Assembly (NCBI GenBank): GCA_964495385.1
Contig: CAZBVO010000007.1
Span: 5,171 to 69,170, forward strand
Reading direction: 5' to 3'
DNA length: 64,000 nucleotides
Source: an uncultured Faecalibacterium sp.
GTDB lineage: Bacteria > Bacillota > Clostridia > Christensenellales > CAG-917
A program made the position numbers and the translations under genes. A model generated the notes under the pieces. The model did no database searches, was not told where the DNA came from, and was given only the letters and a program-made list of their open reading frames with translations. The stretch's first letter is position 1, and every line of letters starts with the position of its first letter. This document shows, piece after piece, positions 45,399 to 57,116 of the stretch.

Positions 45399-46757
45399 CT
45401 ATCTTTTGTAGAGCATATCTTGTATGTCTTTTACCTGAATTTTTGTTTTTTTGTCGGATTTTAAAGCTTCCGAAATTTTGTCGCGAGCGTTTATAATCGT
45501 GGTGTGATCGCGTCCTCCGAACAGTTCGCCGATTGCCTGAAGCGGCATATTCAATATATCTCTTATAAGATATATTGCAATCATTCTCGGTTCGACAAAT
45601 TCCTTGTTGCGGCGTTTTCCGACAATGTCGTTATAGGAAATGCCGAAATATTGACAAGTGGTGTTGATTATGTCGTTTTCGTCGATGCTGTCTTTTGAAA
45701 GCTTAATGCTGTCTTTTAAGGCTTCCTGAGCGGCGGCAATGGTGGTCACCGGGCTGCCGGAGAGGGAACTGTAGAATATGACTTTGTTCAAAAGTCCTTC
45801 CATCTCTCTTACGTTGTCCTCGACGTTTTTAGCGATGAAGTAGGCAACTTCGTCCGAAAGGTTGAACGTTTGCCCCGATGCTTTTCGCTTTAAAATCGCA
45901 ATCCTCGTTTCGATGTCCGGTTTGTCGATTTTTTCCTGCAAACCAAGCTGGAAACGGGTGCGCAGACGCTCCTCGAGTTGCTGAATTTCTTTCGGCGGAC
46001 GATCGGACGACAATATGATTTGTTTGTCGTTCTGATACAAGTCGTTGAACATATGGAACACCGCTTCCTGGGATGCAGGCGAGTTGGACAGCGACTGTAT
46101 GTCGTCAATCATAATAACGTCAACCATGCGGTATTTTTCCCTAAAAGCCGACGTGGTGCGTTTGTTGATTGCGTCGATATAATCGTTACGGAACTTGTCG
46201 GCAGTTATGTACAAAATCCTAAGGTTGGTGTTGGTGTCCTTGATGTAATTGCCTATTGCGTGCATAAGGTGGGTTTTGCCGAGACCTACTCCGCCGTACA
46301 AAAACAGCGGGTTAAATTTGTTGCCCGGATCATCCGCAACCGCTTTTGCCGCAGCAAAAGCAAGCTCGTTGGATTTACCCACGACAAAACTGTCGAAGGT
46401 GTATTTTTTGTTAAAGGAAAATCCGTTGTCCTTAACAACCGGTTTGCTGTCTTCGATAACCCATTCCTCATTGACGATATATTCCTGTTTTTTCAAATAT
46501 TCGTCTTTTTGGCCGTCCAAAATAATTTCGACGTCCTCGATCGCCGGATTAACCTCCTTAACGGCGGTTGTAATTTGCGTGAGGTAGTTTTTTACGATGG
46601 TGTTTTTGCTTGAAGCGGAATTGGTCAAAAGAACCAGTTTGTTTTTCAAAAAGCAAACAGGTTTAAGCTTTGCAATCCAAACCTCGAAGCTGATGGCCTG
46701 AACCCTACCCGATAAAATTGTCAGAGAATCTCTCCATAAATCGTCTTTGTTTATCAT
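45399..46757 (-). CDS. dnaA: Chromosomal replication initiator DnaA
   Basis: 452 aa. Walker A GGVGLGKTHL, box VII, and C-terminal DNA-binding LIRDILNMPLQAIGELFGGRDHTTI. Confidence 0.95.
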   Translation of the reverse strand: MINKDDLWRDSLTILSGRVQAISFEVWIAKLKPVCFLKNKLVLLTNSASSKNTIVKNYLTQITTAVKEVNPAIEDVEIILDGQKDEYLKKQEYIVNEEWVIEDSKPVVKDNGFSFNKKYTFDSFVVGKSNELAFAAAKAVADDPGNKFNPLFLYGGVGLGKTHLMHAIGNYIKDTNTNLRILYITADKFRNDYIDAINKRTTSAFREKYRMVDVIMIDDIQSLSNSPASQEAVFHMFNDLYQNDKQIILSSDRPPKEIQQLEERLRTRFQLGLQEKIDKPDIETRIAILKRKASGQTFNLSDEVAYFIAKNVEDNVREMEGLLNKVIFYSSLSGSPVTTIAAAQEALKDSIKLSKDSIDENDIINTTCQYFGISYNDIVGKRRNKEFVEPRMIAIYLIRDILNMPLQAIGELFGGRDHTTIINARDKISEALKSDKKTKIQVKDIQDMLYKR

Positions 46758-46812
46758 AATAAGTTAATTATAATATATTTTTGTAAAAAAAACAAACATA
46801 TCCGTATAAAAT

Positions 46813-46821
46813 TGTGGATAA
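46813..46821 (-). promoter_or_regulatory. Perfect DnaA box (TGTGGATAA on + strand) in the dnaA/recF divergent promoter region
   Basis: Exact reverse complement of TTATCCACA, 56 nt upstream of the dnaA ATG. Confidence 0.65.
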
Positions 46822-46882
46822 CTTTGGGCTAAAATTGATTTTTTAAATAAATTGTGTTATACTTAACGGCGTAGGAGTCAAA

Positions 46883-47971
46883 ATGTATCTTAAAAGTCTG
46901 CAACTGAAAAACTTCAGAAACTATCAGTCGGCATCGGTTTCGTTCGAAAACGGCCTCAACGTACTGAAAGGACAAAACGCCTCGGGAAAAACCAACCTCA
47001 TTGAGGCGGTTTATTTGTTGGGTATAGGTAAGTCTCCTCGCACAACCAATGAAAAAGAACTTATAAAAATGGGGGAAGAGCATGCCTACGTTAAAGCGGT
47101 AGTGCAAAAAAAATACCGCAGCCACACCATTGAAGTTTTTATCGACAAATCGGGTAAAAAAATCAAAATAGACGGCATTCCGGCGCTTCGGGCCGCCGAA
47201 CTTATCGGCGTTTTGAACGTAGTGTTTTTCAGCCCGGACGAACTTAAATTTATAAAAGAAGGTCCGTCGGAACGGCGAAAATTTTTAGACATCGCCCTTT
47301 CTCAGCAAAGCGCAAATTATTTTAGAACGCTTCAAAAATACAACCGCATTTTAAAACAGCGCAACAAACTGCTAAAAACCGAAAATTTCAACCCAGCACT
47401 TTCCGAGATGCTTTCGGTTTGGGACGTGCAACTTGCCGCCGAAAACGCCAATCTCGTTTTTATGCGCAAAAACTTTTTAAACGAACTCGGTTGCTCGGTT
47501 GCGGCCATCCATGATGCCCTCACCGACGGAAAGGAAACTCTTACCCTTTCTTACGAAAGCGACGTCGACGGCGAAACGGTAGAGCAGCTTAAAGAGGCGC
47601 AAATTCAAATGTACCAAAAAAATCGCGAGAAGGACGAGCAGTACCAATTTACCGTGTCCGGTGCGCATCGCGACGATTTTAAAATAAGCCTGAACGGCAA
47701 CGACGCACGCAAAATAGCAAGCCAGGGACAACAGCGTACGGCGGCACTTTCGATACTTATAGGCGAATTGGAAATGTTTAAAACAGAAACCGGCGAAATG
47801 CCCGTTTTGTTGCTTGACGACGTTTTGTCTGAGCTTGACGAAAATCGCAGAAAACAGCTTTTAAGTGCTACTTTTGCAACACAAACCCTGCTTACATGCA
47901 CTGAATTTAACGAAGACGTGCAAAACGAAAAGACAAAAATATTTACGGTAAACCAAGGAAACATAAAATAA
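46883..47971 (+). CDS. recF: DNA replication and repair protein RecF
   Basis: 362 aa. Walker A GQNASGKTN, signature SQGQQRT, and Walker B LLLDDVLSELD. Confidence 0.95.
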   Translation: MYLKSLQLKNFRNYQSASVSFENGLNVLKGQNASGKTNLIEAVYLLGIGKSPRTTNEKELIKMGEEHAYVKAVVQKKYRSHTIEVFIDKSGKKIKIDGIPALRAAELIGVLNVVFFSPDELKFIKEGPSERRKFLDIALSQQSANYFRTLQKYNRILKQRNKLLKTENFNPALSEMLSVWDVQLAAENANLVFMRKNFLNELGCSVAAIHDALTDGKETLTLSYESDVDGETVEQLKEAQIQMYQKNREKDEQYQFTVSGAHRDDFKISLNGNDARKIASQGQQRTAALSILIGELEMFKTETGEMPVLLLDDVLSELDENRRKQLLSATFATQTLLTCTEFNEDVQNEKTKIFTVNQGNIK

Positions 47972-48000
47972 AAGCCGCCAAAGCGGCTTTTGTTTTTTTG
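47972..48000. terminator. Bidirectional terminator (recF / GH13 gene)
   Basis: AAGCCGC (47972-78) / GCGGCTT (47983-89), followed by TTTGTTTTTTTG. Confidence 0.8.
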
Positions 48001-48004
48001 TTTT

Positions 48005-49687
48005 TTATTCAAAAATGTAGGTTCTTGCTTCGTACGGTTCAAGCATAAGCTTGCCGCAATCGGACTTGTGATGCGTCGAAAGAAGCAGTCTGCCTTTTTC
48101 TAGGTCAAAGCCTTTCGGGGCCTTGAAACTTACTTTTTGGTCGGACATATTCGTTACAACCAGCAGACGTTTTCCGTCAAGGTTTCTTTCGTAAACAAAC
48201 AGTTTTTTGCTCGATTTGTTGTGAAGTTTGTAGTCGCCGTAAATGACGATAGGATTTTCTTTGCGGATTTTTATAAGCGAGCGATAGAAGTTGAGCAAGC
48301 TTTCCGGATCGTTTTCCTGACTTTCGACGTTGACTTCGGTGTAGTTAGGGTTGATTTTAAACCAAGCCTCGTTTCCGTCGGTGAAACCTGCGTTAGGAGC
48401 GGCGGACCATTGAACCGGCGTGCGAGCGTTATCACGACTGCTGTACATACATCTGCGCATGACAAATTCGTGGCTGAAGCCGAATTTTCTGAACAGTTTG
48501 TACATGGTTATCGTGCTGACGTCGACGTAATCTTCGAGGTTAGGCAAGTGAATGCTTGTCATGCCGATTTCCTGACCTTGGTAAATAAACGGAGTGCCGC
48601 CGAGGAACATAAACATATTTGCAATGGCTTTACCGCTTTCAACACGCATTTTTTCGCTTCCGTAGCGGCTTATGACGCGCGGTTGGTCGTGGTTTTCCAT
48701 ATAGTTTGCATTCCATGCCTTGCCGTAAAGTTTGGTTTGCCAATTGGAAATGGCTCTTTTCAGTTTTTTAAGTTTAAAACCGGTGTAAACCCAACTGTAA
48801 AGGAAGCAATCGGCTTCCATGTGTTGGAAGTTAAACATCATGTTCAATTCCTGATTCGGGCCTTCGGTGATGTATTTAAGTGCGGTTTTCGGGTTCATCA
48901 TCGGTGCTTCGCCAACCGTCATTGCATCGTAATTTCCCCAGCCTTCTTTTTTAAACTGAGTCAGATATTCGTGAATATGCGGTCCGTTCATGTAGCGGGT
49001 GAGGCCTCTTGCCGCCGGCATAAATATGCTTCCGTTCGGCAAACCTTCCTTTTTGCTTATAAAGGTGATGACGTCTTCCCTGAAACCGTCAACGCCCATG
49101 TCGAGCCAGAATTTTTGAATATCCACAACTTCCTCGCGAACCTTAGGATTGTCCATATTGAGGTCAGGTTGGCCTTTTGCGAAAAGGTGCAGATAATATT
49201 CGCCTCTTTCAGGCACGTATTCCCAAGCAGGGCCAGGGAAGGTGGCAGTCCAGTTGTTTGGCGGTTTTTTGCCGTTTTTGCCTTTTCCTTTGCGCCAGAT
49301 ATAGTAATCTTTGTAAGGGTTGTCGTCGCCGCCTTTGCAGCTTTCCTTAAACCATTTATGCTCGGAAGAAGTGTGGTTTACCACAAGGTCCATAATAACC
49401 TTCAAACCACGTTGTTTACAGCCGGCAAGCACTTCCTTAAAATCGTCCAAAGTGCCGTATTCCGGAGCGATGTTTTTGTAGTCTGCGATGTCGTAGCCGT
49501 AGTCTTCTTGCGGAGAGACGTAAAGCGGACTGAACCATATTGCGTCAACTCCCAAACTCTTTATATAGTCAAGTTTTTCCAAAACGCCTTTAAGATCGCC
49601 GATGCCGTCGCCGTTTCCGTCTTTAAAGCTGCGAGGCCAAATCTGATAGACGCTCATTTCTTTGTACCAATGTTTGTTTAAACTCAT
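48005..49687 (-). CDS. GH13 alpha-glucosidase / oligo-1,6-glucosidase
   Basis: Start moved to ATG 49687 (GGAGGA upstream). GH13 regions DLVVNHTS, GVDGFREDV, GEAP and FMENHDQPR. Confidence 0.9.
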   Translation of the reverse strand: MSLNKHWYKEMSVYQIWPRSFKDGNGDGIGDLKGVLEKLDYIKSLGVDAIWFSPLYVSPQEDYGYDIADYKNIAPEYGTLDDFKEVLAGCKQRGLKVIMDLVVNHTSSEHKWFKESCKGGDDNPYKDYYIWRKGKGKNGKKPPNNWTATFPGPAWEYVPERGEYYLHLFAKGQPDLNMDNPKVREEVVDIQKFWLDMGVDGFREDVITFISKKEGLPNGSIFMPAARGLTRYMNGPHIHEYLTQFKKEGWGNYDAMTVGEAPMMNPKTALKYITEGPNQELNMMFNFQHMEADCFLYSWVYTGFKLKKLKRAISNWQTKLYGKAWNANYMENHDQPRVISRYGSEKMRVESGKAIANMFMFLGGTPFIYQGQEIGMTSIHLPNLEDYVDVSTITMYKLFRKFGFSHEFVMRRCMYSSRDNARTPVQWSAAPNAGFTDGNEAWFKINPNYTEVNVESQENDPESLLNFYRSLIKIRKENPIVIYGDYKLHNKSSKKLFVYERNLDGKRLLVVTNMSDQKVSFKAPKGFDLEKGRLLLSTHHKSDCGKLMLEPYEARTYIFE

Positions 49688-49871
49688 AATTTCCTCCGTC
49701 GGATGTTTGTATAACAGTATTATAACATATAATATTCGGTATAGTAAACACATATTTTTCGATATTTCGGCGTTTTTGATAAAAAACGGTTGACAAAGAG
49801 CGGCATAATTGTTAGGATATATATAACCTGTTTATATACCTAATCGGCATTAAACACCTTAGGAGGTTTTT

Positions 49872-51158
49872 ATGGCAAAAAGAATGAAATCGCAACTGTG
49901 GGACAACATGCAACGTTTCATGGCTATGTATAACGATCATATGGTTCACTACTACAACAAGTGCGACGGTCAATTCGACGTGGACGTTTTGAAATTGGCA
50001 ATCGAGCGTGCAATCGACCTGGCTCCTATCCTCAGAAGCAGGTTTGTAGTCAGATTCACAAAACCCGTTTGGGAAGAAATCGAAGGTTTTTCGGTTGACG
50101 ATATATTCGAAATCGAAGAAGGGGACGACAGCTGGGAAAACGTCGAAAAGTTTTTGGTTCAGGTCATCGATGAGGAAAAAGGACCGCAGGTTAGGTTTAA
50201 ACTGTTCCGCAAAGACGGCAAGGACACCTTCTGCATGCTCATAAACCACATGACTTTTGACGGGCAAGCCATAAAAGAATGGCTTAGCATAGTGGCAAAA
50301 TACTACACCAAACTTTTGGAGGACAGAAATTTTGTAATCACCGATTACGTCAACGGCGACAGAAGTTTTTCGCAGCTTTTCAAGCAATTTTCGTTTGCCG
50401 AAAAGCTTAAGGTAAACACCCGTTTCGCTCACGGGAAAATGCCGGACGAGATGATAGGTTTTCCGTACGGTCAAAAAAACCGCTACGCTTTGGAGCCGCA
50501 CATAATGCGCCATAAGCTGTCGGCTGAAGATTTTGCGCGAATCAAAGAGGTTGGAAAACGCAACAAAATGACGCTAAACGACATCATTTTGGCCGTGTAC
50601 AGCCGTTCGCTGGCCGACCTGATTCCGCTCGACCAGGTGCCTTTGGACGTAGATTGCATCCTCGATTTGAGACGCTATATGCCTGACGGCCGCACCGAAG
50701 GGCTCACCAACTTCGTAACGAAAATCATTTGCCCGGTCGATAACTACAAAAACGAAAGCATTTTCAGCACCATTGCGCAGGTCAATCAAAACATGGCGGC
50801 GGCAAAAGGGGATTATCCGGGGCTCGGAGGACTTCCGCAACTTAGGTTCGGATATTGGATTCTGCCGCATCCTATCGCCAAAAAGGTTGTTGCCGCGGCA
50901 TTCAACAATCCGCTCGTGGCAATTTCAAACATCGGCATAATGGATGAAAAAGCCTTAAAATTCGGTCAGCTCGAAACCTTGGACACCTTTATAACGGGTT
51001 CCATAAAAAAAGCTCCGTACATTCAGCTGGCCCTGACCACCTACAAAAACGAAATAACTTTCACCGTTGCTCTGTATGCCAACGACGAAGATATCGTCAC
51101 CGTCAACAAGTTTTTTGACAACATCGACAAGTATTTCGGAATTATAATGAATTCGTAA
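49872..51158 (+). CDS. Stand-alone condensation/acyltransferase-superfamily protein (NHxxxDG variant motif)
   Basis: 428 aa with AGGAGG RBS. MLINHMTFDGQA aligns with the HHxxxDG active-site motif of NRPS condensation/CAT-like acyltransferases. Its size matches one C-type domain. Confidence 0.5.
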   Translation: MAKRMKSQLWDNMQRFMAMYNDHMVHYYNKCDGQFDVDVLKLAIERAIDLAPILRSRFVVRFTKPVWEEIEGFSVDDIFEIEEGDDSWENVEKFLVQVIDEEKGPQVRFKLFRKDGKDTFCMLINHMTFDGQAIKEWLSIVAKYYTKLLEDRNFVITDYVNGDRSFSQLFKQFSFAEKLKVNTRFAHGKMPDEMIGFPYGQKNRYALEPHIMRHKLSAEDFARIKEVGKRNKMTLNDIILAVYSRSLADLIPLDQVPLDVDCILDLRRYMPDGRTEGLTNFVTKIICPVDNYKNESIFSTIAQVNQNMAAAKGDYPGLGGLPQLRFGYWILPHPIAKKVVAAAFNNPLVAISNIGIMDEKALKFGQLETLDTFITGSIKKAPYIQLALTTYKNEITFTVALYANDEDIVTVNKFFDNIDKYFGIIMNS

Positions 51159-51166
51159 CAAAAAAC

Positions 51167-51195
51167 AAAAGCGTGCGTTAATCGCACGCTTTTTT
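51167..51195. terminator. Bidirectional terminator (condensation-like gene / gyrA)
   Basis: AAAAGCGTGCG-ttaat-CGCACGCTTTT. Confidence 0.8.
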
Positions 51196-51215
51196 ATGTT
51201 TAAGTATGTTTTTTG

Positions 51216-53798
51216 TTATTCTGCAGGGAATTCGGTTACCGTTTCGGAAGCTATTGCTTCTTCAAGCGGTGCTCCTGATTCGGTGTTTTCGACAGCCGCT
51301 TCGGCATTTTGTTCGACGTCCGATTCAGGTTCGTCGTCTTCGTGCGGAGTGGTTACGATAGACACGATTTCGCCTGCGCCCTTTATGCGCATAACTCTTA
51401 CGCCTTGCGTGTCGCGGCCGATGCAACTGATTTCCTCTGCATGCACTCTGACTATGGTGCCGCTGTCGGTTATCATCATAATGTCGTGTGCCGGATCAAT
51501 CATTTTAAGGCCGACGAGTTTGCCTGTTTTTTCGTTGAACACACCTGCTTTGATACCTTTACCCGCACGTCCTTGACATCTGTATTCGTCAGGGGAGGTG
51601 CGTTTTCCGTATCCGCCGGCCGAAACGGTCAAAACTTCCATTCCGTCGGCAACGAGTGCCATATCCACAACGTAGTCGCCATCGTTCAGTTTGATGGATT
51701 TTACGCCTTGTGCGTCGCGTCCCATAGGGCGAACGTCCTTTTCGGCAAATCTTATGCACTTGCCTTCACGGGAAGCCATGATAAGTTCGTCGTTGCCCTT
51801 GGTGACGATTGCGGCGATAAGTTCGTCGTCGTCAACCAGCTTGATTGCCTTTTTGCCGGTGCGGCGGATGTTGACAAACTCGGTGAGGCTGGTTTTTTTG
51901 ATAAGACCGTTGCGAGTTGCAAGCATAAGGAAGCATTCGTCGTTGACTTCGTCCTTGACGATAGGCAACAAAGTGGTGACTTTTTCGCCTTGTTCGAGTT
52001 GCAGCAGGTTGACCACCGCGCGTCCTCTTCCCATGCGCTGCGCTTCAGGCACTTCGTAGCCTTTGAGGCGATAAACCTTGCCCAAATTGGTGAAGAACAT
52101 CAAATCGTCGTGAGTGGAAGTGGTGAACATGGTTTCCACAAAGTCGTCCTCTTTGGTTTTGTGCGCCGTAACGCCCATGCCGCCTCTGTGTTGGCTTTGA
52201 TATTCCGCCACAGGCATACGTTTGATGTAGCCTCCGTGGGTGAGAGTGACTACGATATCTTCTTTTTCGATGAGGTCTTCGATGTTGATTTCGCTGTAAT
52301 CGTAGCTGATTTCGCTGAGTCTCGGGGTGTTGTAACGCTCCTTAATTTCCAACATTTCGGTTTTTATGATGTCGTTTACGCGGTCGATGTTTGCGATTAT
52401 ATCTTTGTAGTTTGCTATTTCACGTTCTTTTTCGGCCATTTCCGAAGTGATTTTGTCAACTTCGAGGGCGGTCAAACGGTAAACGCGCATTTCCAAAATC
52501 GCATTTGCCTGCGCTTCGCTGAGCAAAAATCTTTCGATAAGTTTTGCCTGAGCGTCAACACGGTCGGAAGCGGTTTTTATGATGGCGATAACTTCGTCGA
52601 TGTTGGCCTGAGCGATTGCGAGACCTTGCAAAATATGCGCCCTTTCTTGCGCTCTTTCGAGGTCGAAACGGGTGCGACGCACAACAACGTCTTCCTGGTG
52701 AGCGATGTAGGCCTTCAGAATTTCTTTAAGATTCAAAATTCTCGGCGTTCCGTCAACCAGCGCAAGCATAATCATCGAGTAGTTGATTTGCAACTGAGTT
52801 TGCTTGTAAAGGTTGTTCAAAACCACTTGCGCGTTGGCATCTTTTTTGATGTCGATAACGATGCGCATACCGTGGCGGTCAGATTCCTCTTTGATGTCGC
52901 TGATGCCTTCAAGGCGCTTGTCTTTGACCTGGTCGGCTATGTTTTCGATAAGTCGAGCCTTGTTGACCTGATACGGAATTTCCGTAAAAATGAGGCTTTC
53001 TCGGCCGTTTTCTTTTTCTTCGATGTCGCACTTGGCACGGATAACACAACCGCCTCTGCCGGTCTTATAAGCCTGTCTGATGGCGGCTCGGCCGAGGATT
53101 ACGGCTCCCGTAGGGAAGTCAGGGCCCGGAATGAATTCCATAAGGTCCTCCACCTCGAGGTCCGGATTGTCGATGAGTGCCACGGTTGCGTCGATGACTT
53201 CGCCGAGGTTGTGAGGAGGGATGCTGGTTGCCATACCCACCGCGATGCCGTCGCTGCCGTTTACGAGAAGGTTAGGATAGCGTGCAGGAAGAACGGTCGG
53301 CTGTTCGCGCGTGTCGTCGAAGTTAGGACAAAAATCGACGGTTTTTTTGTCGATGTCCCTTATCATTTCGTTGGCTATTTTGGACAGTCTGGCTTCGGTG
53401 TAGCGGTATGCTGCCGCCGGATCTCCGTCGACGCTGCCGAAGTTGCCGTGTCCGTCGATAAGCGGACAACGAATTGAAAAGTCTTGTGCCAAACGGACGA
53501 GTGCGTCGTAAACGGACGAGTCGCCGTGCGGGTGATATTTACCGAGCACGTCGCCTACGATGAGTGCGCACTTTCTGTACGGACGGTCGCAGGTGAGGTT
53601 AAGTTCGTTCATGCTGTACAAAATGCGGCGATGAACAGGCTTAAGGCCGTCTCTCACGTCAGGGATTGCACGGGAAACGTTTACCGCCATTGCGTAAGCG
53701 ATAAAGCTCTTTTTGATTTCGGATTCTACTTCAACTTTGACGATTTTCGACTGAGCAAGATGCTCGACGAAATCTTTGTGTACGATTTTATCTGCCAT
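51216..53798 (-). CDS. gyrA: DNA gyrase subunit A
   Basis: 860 aa. Active-site context AAYRYTE, QRDR-like [14 protein letters not shown], beta-pinwheel CTD, acidic tail. Confidence 0.97.
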   Translation of the reverse strand: MADKIVHKDFVEHLAQSKIVKVEVESEIKKSFIAYAMAVNVSRAIPDVRDGLKPVHRRILYSMNELNLTCDRPYRKCALIVGDVLGKYHPHGDSSVYDALVRLAQDFSIRCPLIDGHGNFGSVDGDPAAAYRYTEARLSKIANEMIRDIDKKTVDFCPNFDDTREQPTVLPARYPNLLVNGSDGIAVGMATSIPPHNLGEVIDATVALIDNPDLEVEDLMEFIPGPDFPTGAVILGRAAIRQAYKTGRGGCVIRAKCDIEEKENGRESLIFTEIPYQVNKARLIENIADQVKDKRLEGISDIKEESDRHGMRIVIDIKKDANAQVVLNNLYKQTQLQINYSMIMLALVDGTPRILNLKEILKAYIAHQEDVVVRRTRFDLERAQERAHILQGLAIAQANIDEVIAIIKTASDRVDAQAKLIERFLLSEAQANAILEMRVYRLTALEVDKITSEMAEKEREIANYKDIIANIDRVNDIIKTEMLEIKERYNTPRLSEISYDYSEINIEDLIEKEDIVVTLTHGGYIKRMPVAEYQSQHRGGMGVTAHKTKEDDFVETMFTTSTHDDLMFFTNLGKVYRLKGYEVPEAQRMGRGRAVVNLLQLEQGEKVTTLLPIVKDEVNDECFLMLATRNGLIKKTSLTEFVNIRRTGKKAIKLVDDDELIAAIVTKGNDELIMASREGKCIRFAEKDVRPMGRDAQGVKSIKLNDGDYVVDMALVADGMEVLTVSAGGYGKRTSPDEYRCQGRAGKGIKAGVFNEKTGKLVGLKMIDPAHDIMMITDSGTIVRVHAEEISCIGRDTQGVRVMRIKGAGEIVSIVTTPHEDDEPESDVEQNAEAAVENTESGAPLEEAIASETVTEFPAE

Positions 53799-53810
53799 GT
53801 TGTCCCTCCG

Positions 53811-55751
<1,941 letters not shown>

Positions 55752-55988
55752 TTAAAGTTTTAAGCCGCCGTCGCTCGAAAGTCGCTTTTTATAAAATTTT
55801 GCGGTCCTTTCGCAATAAACGACGTTTGCCGTTTCGCCGTCGGCCACGATAAGCACCGACCTGGTGCCGTCGTCGACGTTGCCCGAAAAGAAAACGTTGT
55901 TCGAAGATGCAAAATCGGTGTTGTTTTGTAAAAAGCAATCGCTTTTTAAGATGGCCACAACCTCGTTTTGCAAAATCATTTTCTTCAC
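55752..55988 (-). CDS. Small DUF370/RemB(YaaB)-like protein preceding gyrB
   Basis: 78 aa, GTG start. Its position immediately upstream of gyrB, and the blocks GTRSVLIV...VVYCERTAKFYKKRL, resemble Firmicutes YaaB/RemB. Assigned by eye only. Confidence 0.45.
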   Translation of the reverse strand: MKKMILQNEVVAILKSDCFLQNNTDFASSNNVFFSGNVDDGTRSVLIVADGETANVVYCERTAKFYKKRLSSDGGLKL

Positions 55989-56247
55989 AAGGCAAAAATC
56001 TCCTTATATAATATAATATTATAACATAAACAATATATAATATAAAAGCGATTTATCCAACTTTTTGGTTAAAAATTGAAAATTTTTACGGTTTAAGCGC
56101 CAAATCGCCGCCGAGAGAGGTGTTTTGAGGGCAAATATATCCCTACACAAAGTCCCGTAAAAGCGCAAAACAGGGCAATTCTGCTCTTAATAAAACGGCA
56201 ACCGCAATTCGCCGTCGGCACCCGACCGGTTTTTTGCCCACAAAAAA

Positions 56248-56265
56248 ATCCGCCAAAGGGCGGAT
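56248..56265 (-). terminator. Intrinsic terminator after XRE gene
   Basis: ATCCGCC / GGCGGAT stem. The minus strand is followed by TTTTTTTG. Confidence 0.75.
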
Positions 56266-56267
56266 TG

Positions 56268-56513
56268 TCAGTAGTTGCCTTCCAAATCGGGCGAAGTGAA
56301 CAGCGGATCGTCAAAAAAGTCGGCAAGAGTTATGTTTAGTGCTTGACATATGTCGAGTATGGTTCTGGTGCCGGGATTTTTGCTTTTCCCGTAAAAAATA
56401 CATCTTACGGTTGACGAGGGCAGGCCTGCCATAGTGGCAAGCTTGTTCGGAGAAATGTTGCGTTGTGCGCAGAGATTCAGTATTCTTTGCGTTATTGCCT
56501 GTTCCAATTTCAC
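56268..56513 (-). CDS. XRE-family helix-turn-helix regulator
   Basis: 81 aa. HTH_3-like ILNLCAQRNISPNKLATMAGLPSSTVRCIFYG. Confidence 0.8.
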   Translation of the reverse strand: MKLEQAITQRILNLCAQRNISPNKLATMAGLPSSTVRCIFYGKSKNPGTRTILDICQALNITLADFFDDPLFTSPDLEGNY

Positions 56514-56530
56514 GATTATCGCCTCGATAA

Positions 56531-56588
56531 GAGATATATCGCTTTAATTTTAACAAATTTATTTGCTCGATATGAGAGATATATCGCT
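56531..56588. promoter_or_regulatory. Duplicated operator-like repeat in the XRE/SLOG divergent promoter
   Basis: GAGATATATCGCT occurs at 56531-43 and 56576-88 (45 bp apart), each preceded by CTCGATA. The core GATATATC is palindromic. An extended -10 TGCTATAAT (56596-56604) follows copy 2. Confidence 0.6.
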
Positions 56589-56623
56589 CATTTTGTGCTA
56601 TAATGCGGAATTAGGAGGGATAT

Positions 56624-57061
56624 ATGGACAAAGTATGTTTTATCGGGCACAGATTGGTGCTTAAAGACGTGGCCGCAAAGCTGAAGAAGTGTATCCGCGA
56701 GCAAATTGCGCTCGGACGCAAACGTTTTTACGTCGGTACTCACGGCGAGTTTGACGAGCTTGCCCTTAAAGTGCTTCGTGAAATCAGGGCAGAACAGGAC
56801 ATCGAAATAGTCGTGGTGCTGACCGGTTTAAAAAACTATCTTAGCGGTGAACGCAATCCTTATTCGGACGTTTCCACTCAGTTGTTCGACGTTGAAGAAC
56901 AGCACTTCAAACGCCGTATAACCGAAAGCAACCGCCGTATGATTTCCGATTGTGTTTGCGTGATTGCCTACGTGGACGAACTTGCGCCGTCTAGTGGGGC
57001 GAAACAAGCTTTTTCGTATGCCGCCTCACTCGGAAAGGAAATTGTAAATTTGTTTGAGTAA
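56624..57061 (+). CDS. SLOG-superfamily DUF1273/YpsA-like protein
   Basis: 145 aa with AGGAGG RBS. CFIGHR, a Rossmann-like GTHGEFDELA block and CVIAYVD...SGAKQA resemble DUF1273. Assigned by eye only. Confidence 0.45.
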   Translation: MDKVCFIGHRLVLKDVAAKLKKCIREQIALGRKRFYVGTHGEFDELALKVLREIRAEQDIEIVVVLTGLKNYLSGERNPYSDVSTQLFDVEEQHFKRRITESNRRMISDCVCVIAYVDELAPSSGAKQAFSYAASLGKEIVNLFE

Positions 57062-57066
57062 ACAAC

Positions 57067-57093
57067 AAAAGCGTGCGATTATCGCACGCTTTT
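57067..57093. terminator. Bidirectional terminator (SLOG gene / XRE-membrane gene)
   Basis: AAAAGCGTGCG-attat-CGCACGCTTTT, nearly identical to the 51167 terminator. Confidence 0.8.
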
Positions 57094-57116
57094 TGATGAT
57101 AAAACTTGTTTTTTGC

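Noticed and set aside
48137-49681. 514 aa + strand ORF (and similar ones at 25053..26093, 20388..21461, 21597..22556, 22638..23411, 17494..18342, 4380..5468, 5535..6236)
   Set aside because: All are antisense to confidently identified minus-strand genes (GH13, ftsH, the giant repeat gene, cysS, GDPD, aldolase) and look like translated reverse complements.
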